Below are positions 33,206 to 42,233 of a stretch of 64,000 nt of DNA, in pieces; positions within the stretch are counted from its first letter, which is position 1, and each line of letters opens with the position of its first letter. The position numbers and the translations under genes were made by a program. The DNA comes from an uncultured Verrucomicrobiae bacterium (GTDB lineage Bacteria > Verrucomicrobiota > Verrucomicrobiia > Chthoniobacterales > Terrimicrobiaceae): assembly GCA_963706955.1 (NCBI GenBank), contig CAVPOC010000002.1:224001-288000 (forward strand), written 5' to 3'. The notes beneath the pieces were generated by a model, which worked only from the letters and a program-made list of their open reading frames with translations, was not told the DNA's origin and ran no database searches.

Positions 33206-33660
33206 TCACCCGGCTTTAGTCTTCTCCAGTTCCGCCCGCACGGCATCGCGTTCGCGCGGCATGTTGAGCTTCGTAAATATATCAACGGCGGCAGCGAGCT
33301 TTTCCCGCTCTACCTGGCGATCACCTTGTTCGCGCGCGAGAAGGCCCCAACTCCAGTAGCAGTAAGCCATACTGGCCAGATTGCCAAGCTCCAGGCAGAT
33401 GGCTTCTTTCTTCTTGAGGAGCGCCATAGCCTCCTGCAACCGTCCCGACACACGCATAATCAAGGCCTGATTGCCGTAGCTCGCCTGTAAACCGTTCTTG
33501 TTGCCAAGCTCCACGCAGAGCGCCTCCTTTTTCCTGAGCAGCGACATGGCCTCTTCTAGCCGCCCGCAGGCACTTACGATCAGAGCTTGATTACCATAGC
33601 TCGCCTGCAAAACGTCTTTATTGCCCAGCCTCAGACAGAGTGCTTCGTCCTGCCGAGCGT
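33206..33660 (-). pseudogene. C-terminal fragment of a TPR-repeat protein
   Basis: Repeats of about 40 aa (EALC.ELGNK..LQASYGNQALI...GRL.EAM.LL) and an intact C-terminus; upstream sequence is unrelated. Confidence 0.8.
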
Positions 33661-33884
33661 GGCGAAGTGCAGTTTCCAATTCTCGAGTTCTCATTCTAAT
33701 TACAAGACCTCCTCGAATCGATACGAGTGTTTCACGCTCCAAGCCGGAATCCGTCTCCGTAGACGCCCAAGATCTAGGCCGCTGACGCCCACGTCAAGGC
33801 TCGGCAGCTTCGTACAGTAGTGGCATACACTCAACTGCATGCGTACCTCTTGTCGACGCCAGCCTCCCGGGTTCCCGCCTATTT

Positions 33885-34679
33885 CTAAAAAGATACAAGA
33901 ACATTATCGATGTGCGGTATATTAAACAACTCTTCCAACTCCTGTGTTACCGTATTTCCTTCCGCATCAAGCGTGTAGAAAGATACTCCATAACACGCCT
34001 CGTATGATTTAAGCATCTCTCTTAAAGGCACAAGCTCATCTCCCAAAGCGCCGGCATTCAACTCAAAAGATATAACATCCACCTGTCCGTTTTTAATGAG
34101 GCGCTCCATTCCTAACAATGCGTTATATTCTCCACCCTCAACGTCGATCTTAACGAAACCGATTCTGCCGACATTGTTTATGTGGTCATCGAGACTGACC
34201 GCTTTCACCTCAATAATTTCGAAAGACTCCGGTGGAACATTAATCGACAATGATTTTTGTGCTTCTTTAATTTTTAAGGACCCACAACCTCTGAATCTTG
34301 ACGGTTCAAGAAAGGGTAATGCTGCTTCTTTCTTATAAACGGCCAGCTGAAACAGATCCACATTGGACAAGTAATTCATTTTAGCATTTGCGACGGCAAA
34401 CTCGTAGTTCCTTGGGCTCGCCTCATAAGCAAAGACTCTGCCATGCTTGCCTACCCTGCGTCCTAAAAGAATCGTTGTATAGCCAATGTTCGCGCCGACA
34501 TCAATCACCGTGGAACCTTCGGGGATATGTCGTATTATAAAATTTGTTAGGGCAATATCAAATGCTCCATCGAGTACTAAGTCCGGCGTTATGCTTAGGT
34601 CGTCTGAGGGAGCAAGCATCTTGCCGCCCCATATAGGTGAGATTAGCACCTTCCCATGACCTATATATGTGCCTCTCAT
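33885..34679 (-). CDS. FkbM family methyltransferase
   Basis: IDVGANIGY, AYEASP, SLDD, VKIDVEGGE; AT-rich codons. Confidence 0.92.
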   Translation of the reverse strand: MRGTYIGHGKVLISPIWGGKMLAPSDDLSITPDLVLDGAFDIALTNFIIRHIPEGSTVIDVGANIGYTTILLGRRVGKHGRVFAYEASPRNYEFAVANAKMNYLSNVDLFQLAVYKKEAALPFLEPSRFRGCGSLKIKEAQKSLSINVPPESFEIIEVKAVSLDDHINNVGRIGFVKIDVEGGEYNALLGMERLIKNGQVDVISFELNAGALGDELVPLREMLKSYEACYGVSFYTLDAEGNTVTQELEELFNIPHIDNVLVSF

Positions 34680-35242
34680 TGCCTCGTTTGACAAGCTACC
34701 ATCATAGCCGTTTGAAGATTGCCGGAGTTCTTGATCCGTCGGAAAGTGACATATGAGTCTCTGCTAAAGCTTAGGTATCTGTGAGTTACGGAGCAACGTA
34801 AACGGAAAACCGCCGCCGCCCTCAATACGCACGCATTTAGGACGGGCCCGGATGGAGTCCGGAAGAGCGATTAGCGCCTCGTTGATCATTCGCGACTTGG
34901 GAGCGCGATACGCATAAACATAAATAGTGGCGCAGTAAACTTTAAGGATGTGCGAGAGGCGTGTTATAAATAATACGACTCTCCTGCTGAGATGTGGGAG
35001 AGCAGCTTATCGGCAGGGTTTCGGCTTGAGCTCGATCGAGCCCGCGGTTTCCTTCGGCAACGGGGTAGGTCTCTCCTCAGAATCTTGGTATTCGATACCA
35101 TACGCTCTCCTGTATTGATGACCCGATAAGCCCGTCTGAAGAGTCCGCGCCCTTCGGCAGTATGAGCTCCCGTGACTTACACAAGCCTTCCAATAGACGT
35201 GTAGCTCGGTCGTTTGTTACGAGCACTAGTCGGGTCGCGATG

Positions 35243-35608
35243 CTATACGTTCTTTTCCATTAGCGATCTTCGTACCAAAACACGATCACGTCTTCCCCTG
35301 TTCGATGTGGCGGCTGAGGCCTCAAAATCCTTCCTGCGGCGCAGCAACGACTGTTCCCACTGGTCAAGGAGTCGGAAAACGCCTTTCCCACGTTTGGCGC
35401 AATGAACCGAATACAGCAACGCGACGAGCCAGAGGGAAAACTCAACCCACCCGAGTTTCGTGAGACTCTCGAATGGACACTCGAAACGCAGAATTAGAGG
35501 AACGGCTAGAAGGAACAATAGACCTCCTCCGAGGTAGACAGCAACGGTAACAGACAAAAAGTGATCATGCTCACGATTCAGGGCCTTATCGCGACTAAAT
35601 TCCCTCAT
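35243..35608 (-). CDS. Hypothetical membrane protein
   Basis: ORF with two hydrophobic segments; no recognisable family. Confidence 0.4.
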   Translation of the reverse strand: MREFSRDKALNREHDHFLSVTVAVYLGGGLLFLLAVPLILRFECPFESLTKLGWVEFSLWLVALLYSVHCAKRGKGVFRLLDQWEQSLLRRRKDFEASAATSNRGRRDRVLVRRSLMEKNV

Positions 35609-35794
35609 ACATCCCAATTGTGCAGTTAACCGGGCGATGACAGCAGAAAGCGACGAGGTGGTTAAGAGTCCAGTAAACAGCTATTGCGTCCGAAAAACGA
35701 CATACATTGCAAGGACTTTGGTGCAGTGTAAAAGTTAAAGATGAACGACTTATCGGATTCTTTAGTCGGTTTTTTTGAGTCGCGTCATGCCGCC

Positions 35795-35867
35795 CCCCAG
35801 CCGCGGCAATCCAGAGTTTTCGCAGTACGGGGTTTTGCAGTGCTGCCCAAGTGGAGCTCGTAATCAT
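35795..35867 (-). pseudogene. N-terminal scrap of an MFS transporter
   Basis: SSTWAALQNPVLRKLWIAA resembles typical MFS_3 N-termini, followed by unrelated sequence. Confidence 0.35.
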
Positions 35868-36184
35868 GATCGCAAGTATCTTCACTCGTTACAAACGCGG
35901 CGGGGTCGCGGAGTTTCAGGAATTTCTGTTCCTAAAATTGCTTTTCATCCGCTATCTGTTGGTCAAGGCCGATTCTTTGGTGAAACCCGACCATGATCCG
36001 CGGACGAGGTGCTTGTACGCGACGCATTCGACTGTTTGCGACGGCAACCATTCTCTGGCCATTCCCAAGGTTCTCTCAAGCAGTCGTCGCGAATACACAT
36101 CTGCCAGTTTATCGAACGTACGCCGATAAGAGTCCGCCGGACAGAGTCTTACAACCTTTTCTTAAGAATGCCAAGGGGAAGATC

Positions 36185-36410
36185 TTATTCGTTTTCGATA
36201 TATTTGCCTCATTTAGACCTTGGACAGCTTTGGACTGTTCTTTTGGGATGAAGATTTGGGAGCGAATTTGAAGCGGACTGACGCGGACGGAAAAGGCCCC
36301 AATTCCAACATGCGGGTTACTTTTCTGGGTTACTTTCCGGAATGCCGAAGAAGGGGAGTCTTTTGGCTCATGCCACCCGGTTTTTGAATTTTCCGAACGG
36401 TTGGCTGCAG
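36185..36410. repeat. Second diverged copy of the island left-end sequence
   Basis: CCTCATTTAGAC 36207-36218 and GGACAGCTTTGGACTG 36222-36237 match 32868-32879 and 32886-32901. Confidence 0.65.
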
Positions 36411-37597
36411 AGAAGATCGGTACGGTCTCCATTCAATTTTCTCTAATCGCCTGGGGCCTGGGGGAGGTAAGAAGGCTTGGCCTCCTCTCTCGACCTTGCC
36501 GACCTGGAATCCGAATCACGGACGCCGGCAGCAGAAACGTTTTCTCCGAAGAACCTGCGCGGGCTTGCGTGCCGTCGAAAGCGTAGCGGCGAAGTATCGA
36601 TCAATTCGTAGACGATGCAATGCACTTTTTTTGGTGAATCTCCCTTAATGAGATCCACAACATCCGACAAGGTAGAGCTGCGGGATGAGTGTGAGCACGT
36701 CGTTCGGCGTCGAACAGCAGCCACTCGAAGCCAGCGAGGCCGAGGAACTTTCTACGCTCGCGAAAACTCGGGTTCGACCTTTGTCCACTTCCACCCGTTG
36801 CTCGCGGATCCGTCGGAATACAAACGGCGAGCACGCTTGAATCCGTATCTCTTCAAGATTCTCCCAATCAATGGATTCCAATCCTCCTAAACGGCAATTG
36901 TGGAGAATACTTCTTTCGCGGCTGCCAACTGAAAGTATGTCCAGTCTATCGCCGGAAACATAAGCAAGACCTCTCACTCCGTGCGTTGTGTCGAACCTGT
37001 TGTATCCGTTTTAAGTGTTAGACTCCTCGGATCCGGCTCGAACGAGGAGAAGAATTGGGGGTTACTCTTGTGACGCTTTACGCGAGGCAGACCGGAGTTT
37101 ATCGCCCTCTCTTGGTTCATAGGATCAGTGTGACGGAGATTTCACATTCTTCTCATGGCATCTTATCGTAACGCCAATAGCTTCTCGTTATGATGTAGGG
37201 ACCCTCTGATTTTGCGGGGACCAAAGCTTCCTTAAGCTGGAACGCGAGCAATTGCATGAACGACCTCTAATTGGTCGTGTCGATCACTGGCGCTGATGAC
37301 GACTCCCGCACCAGATCAATCGAATCAGAGCAGTCTTTTTTGTTTTCATATCCCTCTCCGGAGATGGCAAGGGTTATTCGGTTTTTGGCACGCAGCCTCC
37401 ACCGGTATTCTCCAGCCTGATCTTTGAATATCGTGTAAATCATAAATGAGCCTGATACGCTGCTTCAGCTGCGGCGCGCAAACATTTCATGCATGCGAGC
37501 TTGTCGCGATACTGTTGCCAAAAGGTGGAGCTTTTCGCCAAATGCCGGCCAACCTGAAGCGTTGCCAAACTGCAAACCGCGGAAATTGCGCGCGCTG

Positions 37598-37711
37598 TCA
37601 GCTTCTTCGAACTGGGGAGAACATCGTCTTGCCCAGGAGGTCGGGCTGTTTCGCGATGTCTTGCTTCATCGAAGGAATATGAAGGAAATCCTCTTCTTCT
37701 TCCAATGGCAT
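37598..37711 (-). CDS. Candidate 37-aa micro-protein, copy A
   Basis: MPLEEEEDFLHIPSMKQDIAKQPDLLGKTMFSPVRRS*; lies in a ~150-bp repeat shared with about 38762..38910. Confidence 0.35.
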   Translation of the reverse strand: MPLEEEEDFLHIPSMKQDIAKQPDLLGKTMFSPVRRS

Positions 37712-38083
37712 TTATTCATATTGGTGATAACTCAACCTTATACGTTGCTTTCGCGTCCAACCGTCGTACAGAGCTTCCGCGTGCTCCGCTCCCTTAAGCG
37801 CAATGGCTGCTTAGTTTCAAGTTGTAGGCCTGAAGGAAAAGAATAGTTTCAAATCCCTCTCTCTAAGGAGAAGCGAATAGCCAATCCCTATCAGAGAGCA
37901 TTTCGACTTTATGGGACAGCCGCAACCACCGTCAGAAGCCATGATCTCGTCTTAATATAAAATTAGATGCGTTTCCTCGTGCATTATTCAAAAGGTATGA
38001 AAATCGGCCAACTTTCCAGCTAGAAAGCGCCGTTTTGAGTCAATCGTGTTCCGCCAAACGATCATGCCGCTGAATCCCTGCTG

Positions 38084-38515
38084 CTAAAGGCCTCGTCTCG
38101 TACGGAAGAGAACACTTTGCCTACGAGAAAACAAAACCTCCTTTCCGTCCCTTAAAAGAAAACTGAGGCCTCCATCTTTCAGGAAACGTGGTTGCTTCAC
38201 TTGGCTGAGATTGACGATACAATCACGGCTGGCGCGAAAGAAGATTGAGCTGTCCAACCTGCGCCCAACTTCCACGAGGGAGCGACGAATGAGGAACTTG
38301 TCGTCGGCGAAATGGACGAGCGTGGTATTCCGGAACGCCTCAAGAATGGAAATGTCTTCGATCCGCGCGAGCCGACATTTGCTATCGTCGTCGGTCAGGA
38401 GAACGAAATCGTCACGATGAAATATGTGTCGCTTGCTCTCCGCAGTTGGAGCCGGCGACCGCTCCGATTGTATTTGGACTGCCACTAAAGAGTGGTATGT
38501 GGTTTTCGAATTCAA
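38084..38515 (-). CDS. Stand-alone LytTR DNA-binding domain protein
   Basis: DISILEA.RNTT.VHF, LIRRSL...RLD..FFRASR..IVNL, FSRRQS; no receiver domain. Confidence 0.88.
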   Translation of the reverse strand: MNSKTTYHSLVAVQIQSERSPAPTAESKRHIFHRDDFVLLTDDDSKCRLARIEDISILEAFRNTTLVHFADDKFLIRRSLVEVGRRLDSSIFFRASRDCIVNLSQVKQPRFLKDGGLSFLLRDGKEVLFSRRQSVLFRTRRGL

Positions 38516-38768
38516 TAGGGATGATCTCTGCTTGATGCCGTTCTTCTGCCCGCCTTGAAAGAGCTCGAGATTCCGCCAAAACGATGCTCACGGAGACAAG
38601 GACTCAGACAAGCTTAGGATGCGTATACTGAAAGCTGGTTTGGAACCTTCGGGTGCTGGCGGCGCGCTAAGACGGGTATGACCTTTCGTTAGTGCCAGAT
38701 CGGCAGAGGTACGAATACCAAAGGCCCTGCCGTACGAGAAAAGCGTGGAAGTTGCGCGTCGCGCGCTA

Positions 38769-38881
38769 TCAGCTACGCTGAACTGGGGAAAGCACCATCT
38801 TGCCCAGGAGCCGGGGCTGTTCCGCGATGTCTTGCTTCATGGGAGAATGTGACGGAGATCCTTTTGTTCTTCCAATGGCAT
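38769..38881 (-). CDS. Candidate micro-protein, copy B (1-bp indel relative to copy A)
   Basis: MPLEEQKDLRHIL / MKQDIAEQPRLLGKMVLSPVQRS*; same start and stop positions as copy A. Confidence 0.33.
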
Positions 38882-38976
38882 TTATTCATATTGGTGATAA
38901 CCCAAAGTTATGACATACCTTCGCCGCCCAAGGGCTAAAAGGAACGGCTGCCAATGGCTCAATTTATTCTGTTTAA

Positions 38977-39222
38977 CTAATCAGCGAGACATCTATCTGT
39001 GCAACTTGGTCCGAAGCACTTTCCGCACCCTTCAAATTCGGCCCTCTCGATCCTGTCCTCCATGCAGATAGGCTGGGGAATCTTCTCCTCGTCCGCGCTC
39101 CGATTCTGGTCGACGAAAACCGTCAGGCGATCTCGCATTAAGGACGCCGCCAACCCTAACACGTTTCGACTATGCTCCGGATTCGCCGGATCATGGCTGT
39201 AGCTTACGAAGACGCTCGGCAT
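38977..39222 (-). pseudogene. Truncated SEFIR/TIR N-terminus, paralogue of 31255..32679
   Basis: MPSVFVSYSHDPANPEHS...MEDRIERA, then similarity is lost and an early stop follows. Confidence 0.88.
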
Positions 39223-39393
39223 TTCTCCTCCATAGCACACGTGGATGCTCCGGCACGATCGGCTTCTTTAACGATGCTCCCAAGAAGGACATCAAGCTTC
39301 TGCCCTCGGTCTCCACCTTGAACCGACTCCCGGCTTAGGTTATCAGAGAGTTCGGCACCCGTAGCTCAGTGGATAGAGCACCGGTCTTCTAAA
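39038..39393. repeat. Direct repeat copy 2
   Basis: Aligns with 32495..32848. Confidence 0.92.
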
Positions 39394-39427
39394 CCGATGG
39401 TCGCAGGTTCGATCCCTGCCGGGTGCG
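39355..39427 (+). tRNA. tRNA-Arg(TCT), CCA not encoded
   Basis: Acceptor stem GCACCCG/CGGGTGC, D arm GCTC..GAGC, anticodon loop CTTCTAA, T loop GGTTCGATCC. Confidence 0.95.
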
Positions 39428-39519
39428 AATGATTAACTTATGGTCCACTCTTATCATGGAAATGGGTGAAATCCGCGATTTGTAGATTTTGCACGGAGAT
39501 AAGAATTGCCTTGCGACGG

Positions 39520-39717
39520 TCGGCTTGCGGGCACGCAGGGCGATGCCCTCCTCGCGAGCCCACTGGACCGCGTTGACCACGTCCTGCGTGTCGCGGCAGA
39601 ACACGATTGCCTCGGGATAGCGGGAATACAGCGGTTCCAGCCGATCCGCGCCGCCTCGTAGCCGGCATCGCCGGCCCGCACCACCTCACCCGTCAGCTTG
39701 GTGGCCGCAGTAGTCAC
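39520..39717 (-). pseudogene. Truncated FAD-binding oxidoreductase (berberine-bridge-like N-terminus)
   Basis: LTGEVVRAGDAGYEAARIGWNR / PEAIVFCRDTQDVVNAVQWARE...RAR; breaks off before the expected SGxH motif. Confidence 0.8.
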
Positions 39718-39732
39718 AAGTTCGTCTCTGGA

Positions 39733-41208
39733 TCAATGCTGGAAGACGTTCACTTCCCCGGGCTCGGTCTCCAGGACGTCGCGGTGGAAGAAGAGCAGGG
39801 AGAGGAAGTACAGCCCGCCCGCGAAGATCAAACCGACCACGATCACAATGGGCACGATCGCCGACGGCGGTGTCACCACCACAAACACGACGATGACCGA
39901 CCACACCAGCGCGCTAATCGCGACCGGCAACTCGAAGCGCCCGAGGTCGAACGCGCCCTCCTTGCGATCCAATCTTCGTCGCACTGACAGGTAGAGGATA
40001 ACGATCGCGCCGTAAAGGGTCGGCCCGATGATCGTCCCGGTCGTTATCAGCTCCAGCAGTGCGCCACCCGGCAGCGCGACCATCAGGACGACCCCCACGA
40101 CAACGATGAGGATCGTCGCGGGGATCGGCGTATGCGTGCGCGGATCGACCCGCCGCATCAGCCCGTGAGCGGGAAAGCGAGCATCGCGTGACATCGCAAA
40201 GACGATTCGCGAGCAGGTGGTGAGGGTCACCATCCCGGCGCCGAAGAACGCGAACGTGATCGCGACCAGGAGTGTCCCTTCCATCACCGGACCGAGCTGA
40301 TCGCGCATGATCAACACGACCGGTGACTGGTTGGAGCTGACCTGGGAAATGTCGTCGATCGCGACGGTGAGCGCGATCAAGAAGACCAGTCCGAGCAGCG
40401 AGGCCGCCATGACCGATCCCACGATCGCGCGCGGGACGCTGCGGTAGGGATCCTTGGCCTCCTCGGCGAGGTTCGCCGCGGCGTCGAAGCCGACGAGCGT
40501 GGTGAGGCCCATGACCATGGCGAGCATCAACCCGCCACCCACGGCGAAGTAGTTGGGGTCGTTCTCGGTGACACCGCGCGAGATGAGGTTGCCAATTGAG
40601 CCGTTGCCTGTGACCGCGACGGCCACGACCAGCGCGACTGCCAGCACCACAACGATCACCAGTTCGAGTCCCACCGCGATCCCGTTAATCATGGCAACGA
40701 TCCGCGTCGAAGCGATCGCGAGCGCGGCCTGAACCACCAGCACTACCAGTGTGATCACGCGCGCGGTGTTTTCGTTCGGATCCATGCCCAACAGCGGCAT
40801 CAATGCCTGACTCGCCAGCGCATTGTCGACCGTCACCACGCCGAGCGCCAGGTAACAGAAGGTCATCCAACCGAACCACCAACCAATCTTCGGGTTGGCC
40901 AGGCGCGAGGCCCATTGGTAGGAGGAGCCGCTGAGCGCGATGCGGGCGGCGAACTGCGCGATCACCAGTGCCACCAGAGTCTGCCCGATCGCTACGATGA
41001 CCCACAGCCATATCCCGACCGGCCCCGCGTTCCGCAGCACGTCGTCGTAGGTACCGAAGATGCCAACCGCCACCGAGATGAAGGCGAACGAAACAGCGAA
41101 GATCTGAAAGGAGCCGAGAGTCCGTTTCAGCTGGGGCTCGTAGCCACAGTCTTCACCGAAACTGTCAGCGGCCTTCGTGTCGTGCAAAACTTTTGCCATC
41201 TCAGTCAC
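39733..41208 (-). CDS. APC family amino-acid permease
   Basis: LKRTLGSF..FAVSFAFIS, GSSYQWA, GFDAAANLAEE, SR..FAMSRD; about 12 TM segments. Confidence 0.92.
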   Translation of the reverse strand: MTEMAKVLHDTKAADSFGEDCGYEPQLKRTLGSFQIFAVSFAFISVAVGIFGTYDDVLRNAGPVGIWLWVIVAIGQTLVALVIAQFAARIALSGSSYQWASRLANPKIGWWFGWMTFCYLALGVVTVDNALASQALMPLLGMDPNENTARVITLVVLVVQAALAIASTRIVAMINGIAVGLELVIVVVLAVALVVAVAVTGNGSIGNLISRGVTENDPNYFAVGGGLMLAMVMGLTTLVGFDAAANLAEEAKDPYRSVPRAIVGSVMAASLLGLVFLIALTVAIDDISQVSSNQSPVVLIMRDQLGPVMEGTLLVAITFAFFGAGMVTLTTCSRIVFAMSRDARFPAHGLMRRVDPRTHTPIPATILIVVVGVVLMVALPGGALLELITTGTIIGPTLYGAIVILYLSVRRRLDRKEGAFDLGRFELPVAISALVWSVIVVFVVVTPPSAIVPIVIVVGLIFAGGLYFLSLLFFHRDVLETEPGEVNVFQH

Positions 41209-42000
41209 CTCACATCCGATGTGGGGGTCATTGAAATGTAGCTAACGAGCCGGACTATGAGCCGCAAATTGCCGTTCTCGAAAATCATCTGAAATCGCCA
41301 GAACATTAGTCTCGGAATTTGGACCTGGTAACCGGGATCGTTGTTGACGGGGTTCCGGGCTATCAGAGCAAGCTGCTTAGTCCCACTGTCCATTTCGGTT
41401 TGTCCCCTAAGGTTGCAATTCTACGATACTAAGCATAAAGCGAAGCGAACAGGACAATGGCCCATGGATTGGCGTGGGCTGTAGAATGACCATCGACTGC
41501 CCATACCGTCAGAAAACCGAAGGATGACGAATAGTGCAGATCCATATCGTGGCAACGTCAGGCAGCGAAGTGGCATTCTATTCTATGCTGAAGCGGCCGC
41601 TGCGGATACCGCGCAGTGACTAATTGCTCGTATCCATGTTTGAACGGTTCTCTACGACGCTTTGGCAGCCCTTATTTCGAGTCGGAGCAAACTCAAAGTA
41701 AATGGACGTTCACGGACGGCGATGCGCGGAATCTCACGGCGGACTCAGGACGGTTTCGTTCAAACTAATTCTCGGACGGCAAGCCAGCCTTTGCGTAGAG
41801 GCGGCATGGTTTCCGATTCGAACAGATCTTTCTTACAAGAGACATTCGGAATCCGGTTTCTCTAAGCAGCGTTGCTTTTCAACATCGGTTTTCTGCGTAG
41901 CTTACGTCGGAGTGCATCATCCACGACACTGACTTGTGTTCCTTAGCGATCCTTGGCATCCGGCGGAACGCTTCCCCGTGGTTCCATCATCGCAGCCTAT

Positions 42001-42088
42001 CTCCTCCTCGTTCTCGTGCTCGTCCTTCGTCCTCGAAGTCTTGCACAAACGATCGAGGACGAGGAGGAGAACGAAGGACGAGGACGAT
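42001..42088. repeat. Low-complexity inverted repeat (CTCGTN arms)
   Basis: CTCGTTCTCGTGCTCGTCCTTCGTCCTCG faces CGAGGACGAGGAGGAGAACGAAGGACGAGGACGA. Confidence 0.6.
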
Positions 42089-42233
42089 TTGGGCAACATG
42101 GGCACCAAGCTTCGTTGGAAAGATACCGCGGAGTCGGATAGCCTAGTTCACCCACCCCGATGCGCTCGGTTGGGCGCTGCGCTTCGATGCTCGAGGTCCT
42201 CTTGCGTGCTTGAGCAGTCTGAGCAGTCGAATA

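Larger units (their letters stand above)
32849..39393. mobile_element. Integrase-less genomic island inserted in the tRNA-Arg anticodon region
   Basis: Bounded by duplicated tRNA 5' halves; AT-richer, low coding density, gene fragments; no integrase seen. Confidence 0.75.

Noticed and set aside
36443..36977. Degraded gene inside the island
   Set aside because: Overlapping short minus-strand ORFs may be one broken gene, but I recognise no family motif.
32495..39393. Assembly artefact duplicating the tRNA region
   Set aside because: The two copies differ by many substitutions that largely preserve the SEFIR protein, which a false duplicate would not show.
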